Of a DNA stretch of 50,015 bases, positions 12,484-22,746 are shown piece by piece. A program made the position numbers and the translations under genes. Position 1 is the first letter of the stretch. Each line of letters begins with the position of its first letter. The stretch is from a virus (lineage: Duplodnaviria > Heunggongvirae > Uroviricota > Caudoviricetes), in IMG/VR virus record IMGVR_UViG_2917403263_000001. The stretch is one strand, 5' to 3'. The notes beneath the pieces were generated by a model that was not told where the DNA came from, ran no database searches, and saw only the letters and a list, made by a program, of their open reading frames with translations.

Positions 12484-13041
12484 TCAGAAACGGTAACCGA
12501 TACCAGCCATCCAGGTACCGACTTTCACATCACCCAACTTTGAGTATTCATAAGATGCATCAATTACCAGGTTTGGCATTGGGTTAATCTGGAAACCAGC
12601 ACCATACGCTGCAGAGGTTTTATCTGAAGATGCAGAAAATTCACCATCCCAGACATGAGCTTTTCCATATCCAAGACCAACCAGAGCATATGCACTCAGA
12701 TAGTCATTAAAACGATAGGACGGTCCAGCTGTCACGGAGAAATAATCAAGATCTCCAGATGCTAATTTGGTGTATTGTGGTTTTCCTTGAAGATCGGGAA
12801 CATAGCCATAAGCATCTTTGTTGTAATTGGTGTGCACAAAAGAACCTACCACACCCCAGTCGTTATTCAGTTCATAACGGTATTTAATATTAAAACCGTT
12901 CAGATCCTCGCTGGCACTATCAACTTTTGCATGGCTACGAGCATAACCAGCAGAAATAGTACTCTGCAGTAATTCAGCGTTTGCAATGCCAGTTGCAAAC
13001 AAAGTTGAAACTATAATGGTAGCCAACACTGCTTTCTTCAT
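12484..13041 (-). CDS. Ail/Lom/PagC-family outer membrane beta-barrel protein (moron)
   Basis: 185 aa, signal peptide MKKAVLATIIVSTLFATGIANA, C-terminal GIGYRF; AT-rich upstream region 13042-13210; own terminator; inserted between the chaperone and tape measure genes. Confidence 0.8.
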   Translation of the reverse strand: MKKAVLATIIVSTLFATGIANAELLQSTISAGYARSHAKVDSASEDLNGFNIKYRYELNNDWGVVGSFVHTNYNKDAYGYVPDLQGKPQYTKLASGDLDYFSVTAGPSYRFNDYLSAYALVGLGYGKAHVWDGEFSASSDKTSAAYGAGFQINPMPNLVIDASYEYSKLGDVKVGTWMAGIGYRF

Positions 13042-13211
13042 AAAATTACCTTTTTTATAAAAACATTGTTACGACAGCAAAAATTAAGCTGTGCGGCACA
13101 CATTAAAATACCGAGTATATTTGAAAGTCAACTATCAATTTCGCACTAAATCATATATGTGCATTAAAAATATACGTAATAATATAATAAAGTCGACATT
13201 TACTAAATATC

Positions 13212-13490
13212 TTATTCATCAAAATCGTCAGTTCGTGAAAAATAATTATCATCGAGTGCGAAAATCACGGCTTCGAATTCATCACCGTCTATTAATATCG
13301 GGTGTGCTTTTAAATAGTCGTGTATGTCAGATATTGACAAAGGTAGCGGAATCCCGGGCATGCCTGCATAACGCCTGGAACGAGACATTACTGAATACGC
13401 ATACAATAACTCACGGACAACGGGGTCTATTTCTGGCTCCGGGAGGCGGCGGCAACCTGAGTTTTTCTCGCTTCCATCTTGCCTTTTCAC
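13212..13490 (-). CDS. Possible T-frame extension of the tail assembly chaperone (or separate small ORF)
   Basis: Frame is open from 13540 down to the stop at 13212 and lies +1/-2 relative to the G-like ORF; it overlaps the G stop region. Confidence 0.35.
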   Translation of the reverse strand: MKRQDGSEKNSGCRRLPEPEIDPVVRELLYAYSVMSRSRRYAGMPGIPLPLSISDIHDYLKAHPILIDGDEFEAVIFALDDNYFSRTDDFDE

Positions 13491-13529
13491 CCTTTTCTCC
13501 CCCGAACTCCGATAACCACCGCTGGGCGG

Positions 13530-13991
13530 CTATGGCTTTTTTATCGTATCCTGCTTCTGCTGCTCTTTACCTTGGGCGATGCTGGCTGCTTCTGCAAGGA
13601 TCTGCCAGTACAACTCCGGATTCTGCTTAAGCAGCGCGATCCCTCGTTCTGGCGTATATTCCAGTGCAACCTCAACACCATCAACCAGTTCACCAACCCC
13701 TTTCCAGTCTTTCAGCAGATAACGAGCGGCATTATCAATGAGTAAATCATCAACAGAATCCACCTCGGAAACCTTTGCAATATCAAACTCCTTCGTTCCG
13801 ACGTGCAAGCTGGCATCCATTTTCTCAATGTGGCGACGGATTAATGCATTACGGGAGCGATACTGATCGTTATCGCTGCTTGCCACCAACAGTTTTAACC
13901 CGTCTACAGGTTTTAAGTCCTTCATTGGGGTAAACCAGCGTTCTCCACCGATGATAATTTTCTGATTAAGAATAAACATCCATAACCTCAT
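13530..13991 (-). CDS. Putative tail assembly chaperone (G-like)
   Basis: 153 aa, acidic; position between major tail protein and tape measure; ORF ends right after a slippery heptamer A_AAA_AAG. Confidence 0.55.
   Translation of the reverse strand: MRLWMFILNQKIIIGGERWFTPMKDLKPVDGLKLLVASSDNDQYRSRNALIRRHIEKMDASLHVGTKEFDIAKVSEVDSVDDLLIDNAARYLLKDWKGVGELVDGVEVALEYTPERGIALLKQNPELYWQILAEAASIAQGKEQQKQDTIKKP
13536..13542 (-). promoter_or_regulatory. Candidate ribosomal slippery heptamer A_AAA_AAG in the 0 frame of the G-like gene
   Basis: Coding strand reads ACG ATA AAA AAG CCA TAG; heptamer is in register with the ORF. Confidence 0.45.
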
Positions 13992-14039
13992 TCAATGCGC
14001 CCCCCTGTAGTGCAGTACCACAGGGGGAATAACGGAAAA

Positions 14040-15002
14040 TCAACTAATCGCCTCAGCACTGGCTTTTGCGATCACGGCAGCCGGGGAGGCTTTTTTTCTG
14101 ATTATCGTAGGTGCTTCATCTGCTGCGGTAATGCTCAATTGAACCTGGATAATGTCGGTATTACCCCCATCAGGCCATTCACCTGACACCTGAACCTTCG
14201 GGAAACTGAAAGTGTATGCCCCCTCTCCATTCGAAAGCGTGAAGCTGAACGGAACTGTTTCTCCAGTCAGTGTTTTACTCCAGATTTCCCACGCAGCTTT
14301 AGACCATGAAAGCGTCACCGTACCGGACGGTGTAAAAGTAGTCGGGATATTTGCTCCTGCATAAGGCGAGCCAGTGCCGATACAACGCTGTGTCTGGAGT
14401 TTGTTATCGAACTGAATATCAAAACTGTCGATACAAAAACCGTTACCTCCGGCAACACCATTCAGGCTTACTGCTGAAACCTCCTTAAACGAATAACGTA
14501 GCTTTCCTGCACTATCCACAGGTTCGCCTTTGATAAAATTCGTATCATCGGCCTTTGATTCCCAGTCCAGCCCGGCAAAGGTTACGGTCGCCGTAATATC
14601 GCCGTCGTTAGGGATCTGCATTTTCCATGAGCCAACCTGCGCTCCTCTGACAACAGAGGCAATTCCGACATCGGACGCATAGGTCGCCAGAGAAAATGTT
14701 ATTCGCTCATTCCCCATTGTCAGAGAATCACCTGACCATTCCGCGCCGAAACAGGATGCAAGAAAATCATCATGTTGACCCCAGCGAAATTTGGTACCAA
14801 CATCACCGCCAACATCCACAGTGCCAGGCGTCGCCCCCTGAGCCATCCGGGAGCCACCAATCTCATTATTTTCGCCTTTATTCTGGGTGGGTTTTACTCC
14901 CCAGCTTGTGCGTTTTAATAAACTCCAGTCACCACTTGCTGGTGTGGTGCCTGCAACTGTCTCCCGGATAAATGCCGAGATAACCTTTGCACCTGAACTC
15001 AC
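14040..15002 (-). CDS. Major tail (tube) protein
   Basis: 320 aa, Gly/Thr/Ser-rich beta-type sequence; immediately upstream of the chaperone gene. Confidence 0.65.
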   Translation of the reverse strand: MSSGAKVISAFIRETVAGTTPASGDWSLLKRTSWGVKPTQNKGENNEIGGSRMAQGATPGTVDVGGDVGTKFRWGQHDDFLASCFGAEWSGDSLTMGNERITFSLATYASDVGIASVVRGAQVGSWKMQIPNDGDITATVTFAGLDWESKADDTNFIKGEPVDSAGKLRYSFKEVSAVSLNGVAGGNGFCIDSFDIQFDNKLQTQRCIGTGSPYAGANIPTTFTPSGTVTLSWSKAAWEIWSKTLTGETVPFSFTLSNGEGAYTFSFPKVQVSGEWPDGGNTDIIQVQLSITAADEAPTIIRKKASPAAVIAKASAEAIS

Positions 15003-15028
15003 AGGAGCCTCCTATGTCATTAATTGCG

Positions 15029-15421
15029 CTAGAGCGCGCGATATGGAATTTGAAGATTAAGCTGGAACCAGCCATTCTTTTCGCCAACGGTTATTGAGGA
15101 AACAGCCTGGTAACTGAGACGGTCGTCATCCTGAAACTCAAACAGTTCCCGCAATTTATCGGCTGTCTCAGTAATGAGTTTTGAACCAGAACCTGCGGGG
15201 ACAAATAACTGAATAATGATTATCCCCGTGCGATAAACAACCGGCCCCGCGCCAATTTCATTAACTCCAGCCTGCCCGGGAATATTACTTAAACGCGCCC
15301 AGATTAACTTACCGGAAGGATCGAACGTTGGCCCGTTCGGATACAATACGTCTTTTCCATCAATAACCGTCTGTGCCGTCATTCTGGAAATGACCGTATT
15401 TCTGATTTCAGTAAACGTCAT
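15029..15421 (-). CDS. Tail terminator / tail completion protein (U-like position)
   Basis: 130-aa ORF immediately upstream of the major tail gene; assignment by synteny. Confidence 0.45.
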   Translation of the reverse strand: MTFTEIRNTVISRMTAQTVIDGKDVLYPNGPTFDPSGKLIWARLSNIPGQAGVNEIGAGPVVYRTGIIIIQLFVPAGSGSKLITETADKLRELFEFQDDDRLSYQAVSSITVGEKNGWFQLNLQIPYRAL

Positions 15422-15798
15422 TTGTAAGCCTGTAAAACACCATTAAAAGCGTTGGCATACACGCCTGTTGGCGCTTGTTGTGAATGACCGTTTTCAAGAG
15501 CCTCTGCATAAGGAAGGTTATTCTGGATATAAATAATTCCGTAATTTGCAGCTTTCGAAATAACCCCGATCCCACGCTGAACCGCAATCGTACCGTTCGG
15601 ATCCACGTTATCAGATATACCAAAATCGGGATACTGTAACGACACAATGTTGTTATTTCTGAAACGCCCGGTATCAACCGGAGCAGCAATATCAATAGCA
15701 GTAAGAATCTGAATAGCGATGTAGCGAATTTTCAGCCCCACATCTTCCTCAATCATCCCGGCAAATATTGACGGTTCGATATCCCATGCCTTTGCCAT
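15418..15798 (-). CDS. Head-tail joining / neck protein
   Basis: 126-aa ORF in the head-tail connector gene block, translationally coupled (4-nt overlap). Confidence 0.45.
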   Translation of the reverse strand: MAKAWDIEPSIFAGMIEEDVGLKIRYIAIQILTAIDIAAPVDTGRFRNNNIVSLQYPDFGISDNVDPNGTIAVQRGIGVISKAANYGIIYIQNNLPYAEALENGHSQQAPTGVYANAFNGVLQAYK

Positions 15799-16185
15799 TT
15801 ACGCTCTCCTTAACTGGATTGAGTAAACTGATGCGGAAGGATCTACACTCGCTGTAATTACCTCGTATCGTTGCAACTGCCTTGATACAGAATCATAAAT
15901 CTCAATAATATGGCCGACAGCGGGTTTATCCGTAACCTCGCATACCAGAGCAGTTAATTTAAGGTCACCATGCAAAATATTAATCCCATCAATTCTGCCC
16001 AGCTTATAACGCGTCAACACGCCTCGCCCGGTATAGGTTGCTGTGGATTCGCCGCCAGTTTCAGTCACAGGATCCCAGTTCCGGTGTGTAACGTAAGAAC
16101 CAGAAAAATCACTCACGACGTCTGCTAAATCCTCATCAAAAGCAGCGGCAACCTCTGACTGAATCTCTTCACGAAGCCCCATCAT
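15799..16185 (-). CDS. Head closure / head-tail joining protein
   Basis: 128-aa ORF in the connector block; synteny. Confidence 0.45.
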   Translation of the reverse strand: MMGLREEIQSEVAAAFDEDLADVVSDFSGSYVTHRNWDPVTETGGESTATYTGRGVLTRYKLGRIDGINILHGDLKLTALVCEVTDKPAVGHIIEIYDSVSRQLQRYEVITASVDPSASVYSIQLRRA

Positions 16186-16577
16186 CCCCCCCTCACAACC
16201 CTGACTTGTGAGCGACTAAGTCCGTACGGTTTCAGCAGTGCTATCGCAAGCTGTAAATCGGGTTCAAGCAATGCAGTGCTGTTTGCTGGCAATTCAGCAA
16301 ATGATTTCGATACACTGACCCCGTCAGCCGACACGGCTTTACTGATAACAACGCCAGAATCATTTTTCTGCTGAAACAACTTACCGACAGAGGCAATTCT
16401 GGCTGCATATGCTCCCGCAAGTTTTACCTCTTCCGGAATACGGGATGGGTTAATTTTCAGGCTGAAGCCATTAAGCCAGGCATTAGCCATTAAAACAGCT
16501 TTATTTTTAGCGTTCTCACTCGTCCAGGCGTTCCCAAACGCATTATCAACGTCATCACAGGTCACGTAAGTGATCAT
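16182..16577 (-). CDS. Head-tail adaptor protein
   Basis: 131-aa ORF following the capsid gene; synteny. Confidence 0.45.
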   Translation of the reverse strand: MITYVTCDDVDNAFGNAWTSENAKNKAVLMANAWLNGFSLKINPSRIPEEVKLAGAYAARIASVGKLFQQKNDSGVVISKAVSADGVSVSKSFAELPANSTALLEPDLQLAIALLKPYGLSRSQVRVVRGG

Positions 16578-16580
16578 GTG

Positions 16581-16793
16581 TTACTCCTGAGTTTTCCAGC
16601 CCAGAGCCTTCCAGTTGTCAACTTCATCAGGATGAACATTAGCGATAGTTGGTGCACCGGGAAACATCTGATAATCGGTCACCATAACCACTAACTCAAT
16701 TTGCGTTTTTTGTGGCTCCTGAATTTGCTCCACCACTGCATTTTTTTGCGCGGCTTCACGCTGTGCTCTTTGCTCTTTAGTTAATCCGGCCAT
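16581..16793 (-). CDS. Small hypothetical head-region protein
   Basis: 70-aa ORF tightly packed between capsid and adaptor genes. Confidence 0.35.
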   Translation of the reverse strand: MAGLTKEQRAQREAAQKNAVVEQIQEPQKTQIELVVMVTDYQMFPGAPTIANVHPDEVDNWKALGWKTQE

Positions 16794-16835
16794 ATACCCT
16801 CCATTAAAAATGGGGCCGAAGCCCCGTTTGGATGT

Positions 16836-17977
16836 TTAACCAAGAATCAGACAACCATGTGCCGGTTTCACTGACGAAACACCCCATGCCAGTCCAACTT
16901 CATAGCGCACCTGGCGATACTGACGATACAGTGCAATCTGGAACGTAATCCCTGAAATCGGGTCCGTAACATTCATTACATCATCAGCATTATCGCCACC
17001 TTCCGGCATTGCCGGAGTACGGGATGCCAGCAGAAACGCGTTGCGATCAAACGCCATATTTGCAGTAAAGGAGCCAACAACTGTGATTGCAGTATCATCG
17101 GCCAGATCCTGACGTAGTCCCGGCGCTGCAAGAGTAATCAGATTGCTGGTCGCTGCTGCCACAACATACTGATTCGGATCGCCAGCGAACGTAACAATCT
17201 GACCTGCAGAAATACTCCCCGAACCAGTATCAATGGAAATAAGAACATCGCCTTCTTTTTTCTCGCCATTCACTAGATAACCAGTTGCAGCAACCTTTGG
17301 CGCTCGTTTTACACCTGCCGAACTGTGAATATTGAATCCCTCCAGACGCCCCAACACGCCCTCACGCAGTAGCTGTTCAGTGCCGGATTCATTCACTTTA
17401 AACAATACAGACTGTTTTCCGCGCAAATTAGCAATGGCAGTGGAACCAAGCACCATCTGCAGATCTGTTGTCGGTGCGCCGTTATCCTCCAGAACCTGAC
17501 GAGCCAGAGCAGCATCAGAAAGATCATCTTTAACACCAAATGGCGTTGTCCCTGCGGTTCCCACGGCGCGGGAAGCACCGAAATACAACGCACCAAGATC
17601 AGCCTCAACCTCGTTTGCAAGGGCGCGAAAAGCCTGCTTGAACTGATCAGCCAGAATGGTGTTGTAAGTCCCTGAAGGGCCAAGAGCCAGTTGTTCTTCA
17701 CCATTCCATTTAACCGGCGCCATTTTGGATTTAGTAATTTTTACATCAACAGTGCCAATATTTTGATCACCGGTATTCGGAGCTGACGGCCCCGGTACGA
17801 TATCTTCGGTTTTCGCCTCAGGCGCAACTGGCGCGGTTACCGTCTGATCTTTTGCTGCGGCGTCAGCTTTTGCGTTTTTTGCTACCGCAGGGATAAAACC
17901 CACCTGCTCACGGGATACAACATCCAGGGCGGTGTAAATAGTCGGGATCAACCCGGTCAGGGTATTTCCAGCCATAA
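16836..17977 (-). CDS. Major capsid protein
   Basis: Start set at MAGNTLTGLIPTIYTAL with SD aaggaa upstream; ~380 aa; downstream of scaffold gene. Confidence 0.7.
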
Positions 17978-18073
17978 TTAAATATTCCTTAAAAATTTGC
18001 GTAATTGTGTATGGATTGAGTAGTGAGCTATCCAGCCCTGACACCAGCTCCCATCCGGAAGCTGGCAAATGTA

Positions 18074-18838
18074 TTAATCAACGATTGTGATACCGTCTTT
18101 CAGTGCGTTTTGCTTACCTGCAACATCCAGTGCATCAAAAGCAGAGCGTTTCATCGTTTTCTGACCAATATCATGCTGTGTTGGACGGGAACCGCCGCCA
18201 TTGTTGCCACTGGCTTTCAGGATGTAGTCTTTCTGAGGGTAATTTTCGACGAGGAACTCCAGCGCCTCATCAAACTGCGCCAGTTCTCCTGGCTTCGCGC
18301 GGGAATAAATTTTGTTGCCGGAAGCGTCATAAGCAACGATCTTCCCTTCTTCCACTTTGAATGCCTGTCCGAAGCGGGCTTGTAATAAATCTGCCGGGAT
18401 CGCAATTTTATCGGCAATATATTTTGAACCCGCAAAACTACCGCCAATCATAGAATCGTAAAGCTGCTTCTCCAGCATCTGAGAGCGTTGCTTTTCTTCA
18501 TCTAATTGCTGCTGAAAATTTTTCGTAATTTCTGCCTTAACCTGGTCAACCTGTCCCGCATCGATCAGCTTTTTCTGGTCGATTTTTGACAGCATTTCCA
18601 GTGCCTCAATCGCCTTCTTCGGGTCTTCGATAGCGGCAAACTTAGCCAGTTTTTCCTCTGCAGCTTCTTTAGCCAGGCGATGATTTTTTGCCTCGCCATT
18701 AAGCTCTGTAATTTTTTTTGTCGCCAGCGGTGCATCGAAGCCGATTTCTTTACCATCGTCGTGCACATAGACTGGCAGGCCAGCAGTATCAATTTCTGCG
18801 TATTGTTTTCCGTTAATCTCGACCGTTTTCAGTTTCAT
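18074..18838 (-). CDS. Scaffolding protein
   Basis: Start at MKLKTVEINGKQYAEI (ATG 18836-18838); charged, coiled-coil rich ~254 aa; between head morphogenesis and capsid genes. Confidence 0.6.
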   Translation of the reverse strand: MKLKTVEINGKQYAEIDTAGLPVYVHDDGKEIGFDAPLATKKITELNGEAKNHRLAKEAAEEKLAKFAAIEDPKKAIEALEMLSKIDQKKLIDAGQVDQVKAEITKNFQQQLDEEKQRSQMLEKQLYDSMIGGSFAGSKYIADKIAIPADLLQARFGQAFKVEEGKIVAYDASGNKIYSRAKPGELAQFDEALEFLVENYPQKDYILKASGNNGGGSRPTQHDIGQKTMKRSAFDALDVAGKQNALKDGITIVD

Positions 18839-18896
18839 ATTAGTACCTGGTTTAAGTCTTCCGACAGTTACGCTGCTCACCATCCGGATCGCAGCA

Positions 18897-18923
18897 ATAA
18901 AAAAGGCCACCCGAAGGTAGCCT
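18897..18923 (-). terminator. Putative partial terminator between head morphogenesis and scaffold genes
   Basis: aggccacc-cgaa-ggtagcct hairpin (7/8 bp) followed by U-run on the minus strand. Confidence 0.4.
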
Positions 18924-18942
18924 GTTGTAATAAATGATTTAT

Positions 18943-20058
18943 TTAAATCCCTGCTTTTCTGAATGCCTGTGCATCACGCTCTCGGAGTTGCTTCAGCGTC
19001 AGCCACTCGCCTTTATCGGTGTAAAATTCATCTGGCGACATACCACCATCCCGAATCAGCTTTGCCCGGGTTTCCCCCACAATCTGTTTTTGTCTGGTGT
19101 AAGGCTGGCGCAAAAACCATTCCCTGTAGGTTGTATCTCCGGCCACCACGCCATCCATGCTGGCCCGCTCAGCCGGGGAAATATCACGAACATCAATACC
19201 CAGTTCCTTCGCTGATTTCAGAATGAACGTTTCCGTTGAGCGACAGCAGAAATGAATTTTCCCCGGCCCCTGCAAATAAGGCACGCTGTGACCTACAGGT
19301 TTATTATCCAGCGTATATTTGAGGCGATCCCTGATTCGACATTGTGGCGTAGTACGATTATCAAGCGTTGATAACCATTGCTTACCCTTAATCAAATCAT
19401 TATTCGCGCTGGCAAAACTCTCACGGGCAGTAGCAGCAAGATGTCCAACCGCTGTTTTTGCAATGCTGGCCGCATTAGCCCGACTCATCTGCAATGCACC
19501 GTCCTGAAATCCCTTACTGACATGTCCCCGAATTTTTCTTGCGATCTGCTCATTGGTATCCCCCAACAAAAAACCCTGACGCACCGTATTTGTTATGCGT
19601 CTGAGCCGATCCGCCTCAAGATCTGAGGCCCACTCACTGAGCAGTCGTCCCTGGAATGGTCGCGCCATTGCAGCGGCATAAAGTGCATCAGGTGAGATAC
19701 CAACCAGAGGGTGAACATCAGCAACAAAATCAGGTAGCAGAGAATCAAACAGACTTAACTGATAACCAGCCTCATAAACTGCCAGCTCGTTCAGCTCTCC
19801 GGAGAGACTGGTAAACATACTGTTAATCGCAGCGCGGTTAACCTCTCTGACACTCGCCAGAAGTGACTCTAGGCGCGTAACGGTAAAACTACCTGGATCG
19901 AGGCTGTCCAGAGCCACCAGCAGGCGAGCTGTAAGCTCCGCATCACTGTCATTCAGTGTTTTCACCATTCTGGCAGCCACACCAGTGCTATAGCGGGATA
20001 CCCAGACTGCATGAGCAATTGATTCATCACGCAGCCGTTCATTCACGGTTTGCATCAT
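18943..20058 (-). CDS. Head morphogenesis protein (SPP1 gp7 / Mu F-like)
   Basis: 371-aa ORF immediately downstream of the portal gene; family assignment recalled. Confidence 0.65.
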   Translation of the reverse strand: MMQTVNERLRDESIAHAVWVSRYSTGVAARMVKTLNDSDAELTARLLVALDSLDPGSFTVTRLESLLASVREVNRAAINSMFTSLSGELNELAVYEAGYQLSLFDSLLPDFVADVHPLVGISPDALYAAAMARPFQGRLLSEWASDLEADRLRRITNTVRQGFLLGDTNEQIARKIRGHVSKGFQDGALQMSRANAASIAKTAVGHLAATARESFASANNDLIKGKQWLSTLDNRTTPQCRIRDRLKYTLDNKPVGHSVPYLQGPGKIHFCCRSTETFILKSAKELGIDVRDISPAERASMDGVVAGDTTYREWFLRQPYTRQKQIVGETRAKLIRDGGMSPDEFYTDKGEWLTLKQLRERDAQAFRKAGI

Positions 20059-21446
20059 TGATATCCATCAGCATCACACTCTGATTTTTTAATTCATCGA
20101 TCACTTCCTCTGGACGGGAATCCTGATCAATAAATTTCAACGCCTGCAACACCCGAACCGCATCAATCTGACGTATATCACCGCCCTGACGCAATGACTG
20201 AACAGCCAGCGCGGAGGATGAGTCAAACACCTGGGCAGATACATCCAGTTCAGTGCGCACATCCACATTGCCGCCGCAACTCTCTCCGATCCATTCCGCC
20301 ATTATCTGGAGAATATTATCGAGGGCATCTTCGAGGGAGTTCGCCATTGTATAAAGCGGCGAGTTTTCCTGCATCCGCTCTTCATTAGTCTGATCAACAG
20401 ATTTGGTGGATGTATTTTCAGCCCGCAGAAGTTTAGCGCCGGCATGACGCATCTGATTTTCCAGCTTCTCCAGTTGAGGTTTCGCCAGATTCTATCGCTG
20501 CCCCACTATGTTCAACATATTCGAGGCCATTTTTTGTTCTGTCCTCAAAAATCGTAGCGGTGGATGCACCAACCGTCAGTTCTTCATTTCTGTCCAGCCC
20601 GTAGGCCACCAGCAATGGGACGCGGGCAACATGAAGAATATTGTCCTGCTCGCTCTGGCTTTGCCAGTGCTTGATATTCAACAAGCCAAGATTAAGCAAT
20701 GGCGGTGTACCACGCATAAACCCGATGCGCTTCGTGTACAACGTAACCAGGGGAATATCATCACGGCTGGTATCCCATGACTCGTGAAGCGCCCAGACAG
20801 ATTCGCCATTAGTACCTTCGCTGCGTCGATAAATTTCAACGCGACGGGGCATAATATGGCGGATCTGCTCCACCTTCTTCTGCCCGAAATCATCACCATC
20901 AACAATGATGACCTCTTTTATACGCAAATCAGTAAGAACAACTTTCCCTTTTTCAACTTTCGATTTCCATCCAATAACCTGGCGTGGATTCAGCATCGTA
21001 ACGTATGGGCGACCACCAGCCGCATTTTCATCGGCTTTTGTCCGGATCTCCTTCATATCCGTTCGTGGATAGTCCACCAGCGCATGTGCCACACCATACT
21101 GAAATGCGAGGCTGAAAAATTGCTGCGCCCACACATCCAGTCGGCTCCCCTCCATGTCGATATTTTCTGCATATTCCCTGATTTTTTCCGGCGTTTCCTC
21201 ACTCAATACTGTCGGCTCTGCAAATATGCGTCCAATATTTTGCTTAATGCTTTCTTCATACACAGGAAGTAGCGTAGCCACAGACAGGCGTTTTTTATAA
21301 GCGTCTTCATCTTCGTTAGGCCATTTGGGGAGATAAATTCCCCCCTGCCTGCGCATTTCAAGCGTACCGCCCATCAGTGCGTCATTAATATCCCACGCCT
21401 CCAGCATATCGTTATAGTCGAGGTTGGGTGTTGATATATCAGCCAT
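20039..21446 (-). CDS. Portal protein, reading frame broken as assembled
   Basis: 337-aa ORF (20433-21446) and 137-aa ORF (20039-20452) in different frames overlap by 20 nt; together ~470 aa between TerL and the head morphogenesis gene; break lies in 20433-20500 (T3 at 20480-20482 or T4 at 20457-20460). Confidence 0.6.
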
Positions 21447-21448
21447 AA

Positions 21449-22746
21449 TTAAATCCGAAGTGATGTGACTCTTCCGGTCGGTTTGACAATAGGGAATTGC
21501 TTAACGATGAAATAACCTCCGGCATCATTCGGGTGATCGTTGCCAGATTTTTTATCAGGCTCCCCTTTATCATCCCAGACCTGTTGCTCCAGAGATTCGG
21601 CATATACCGGACAACGCTTCACATTAACTTTATAGCGACGCTCGCCATTGGCATTGCAGAACATTGCATTCATTGAGTTAACGCGATCTTTTACTGGCGG
21701 GTTCGAGTTGTTCACCACAACGTTAAAACCAGCCTGCTTAAGCTGAGCTATATCCGTCGTACTTGCGTTACTTGATTTTCTGGAATCTCCGGAAGCATCT
21801 GGATAAATATAAATCTCCCTCACTTTCCGATAATCATTCCCGTCATACAGCCAGAAGCGTTCTTTAATGATGCGAATCATATCCGGCGTATCGTAGGCAT
21901 TGATGATTTCAGTTACCGCACATGGAAGACCCAAACGCAGCACATGGATGATCCCCGCCATCTTTCCAACGTTAAAATCCATCCCAATATAAATCGGCTC
22001 CCCTGGCTGCTCCACTTCTTCGCAATTATTCAGTTTCCGGTCAAACTGATGGTAAACCGTACCACTTGTCAGGTTAGTAAACTGTCCTCGAAGATAGGCT
22101 TTAATCAGCTCTGGAGGGTATGATTCAAGAAGCGAAGGAATGTAATCTGCTGGCAGGTTCTTTTCATTATCGAAAGTAGATGCCTGCACCAAACCATACA
22201 GTGAGGCCAGCTCTGTTTTTTCACGCACGGCTTTAACAAACTGCTCGTAGACAAATTTGAATCCTTCCGGCGTGGTTGTAACGTCAATACCGTTGCGAAG
22301 TCCATCAACCTTATAACGCATACGCGCAATTATCTTGCGCCACGCTGTTCTGGCTTTTTCCTTCGGCAAAATGTCCAGTTCATCCACCAGTGCATTACCA
22401 ATTTTGAAACCGACGATCGTTTGCGGCTTCTCCATCGATCTGCAGATAGTGGTTCCCCGATACTGACGTCCGTAATAAAAATGAACCTCTTTATTTCCCT
22501 CATTAATTTTTACGTTCAATCCCCAGTCAGCAGCAACTTCTTCCACTGTAGGGTAAAAAATATCGCGAATTTGGGGATACGTTGGCGCAAAATATCCCTG
22601 ATTTATACCTGGATGCTCCCAAATCCCTTTGCATATGCCGCCACACCCAACCCATGTTTTACCCGAGCCAAAACCAGCAATATAGGCTTTAAATTTATGG
22701 GGCATTGAAAGAAATCGCGCCTGAGGCACATTAAGCGTCGGAGAGA
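21449..22746 (-). CDS. Terminase large subunit
   Basis: Start set at MKMISPTLNV (SD aaggag); Walker-A-like AGFGSGKTW; ~432 aa. Confidence 0.85.

Noticed and set aside
13091-13630. 179-aa plus-strand ORF
   Set aside because: Spans the AT-rich moron promoter region and runs antisense across the chaperone slippery-site region; no SD; composition looks non-coding.
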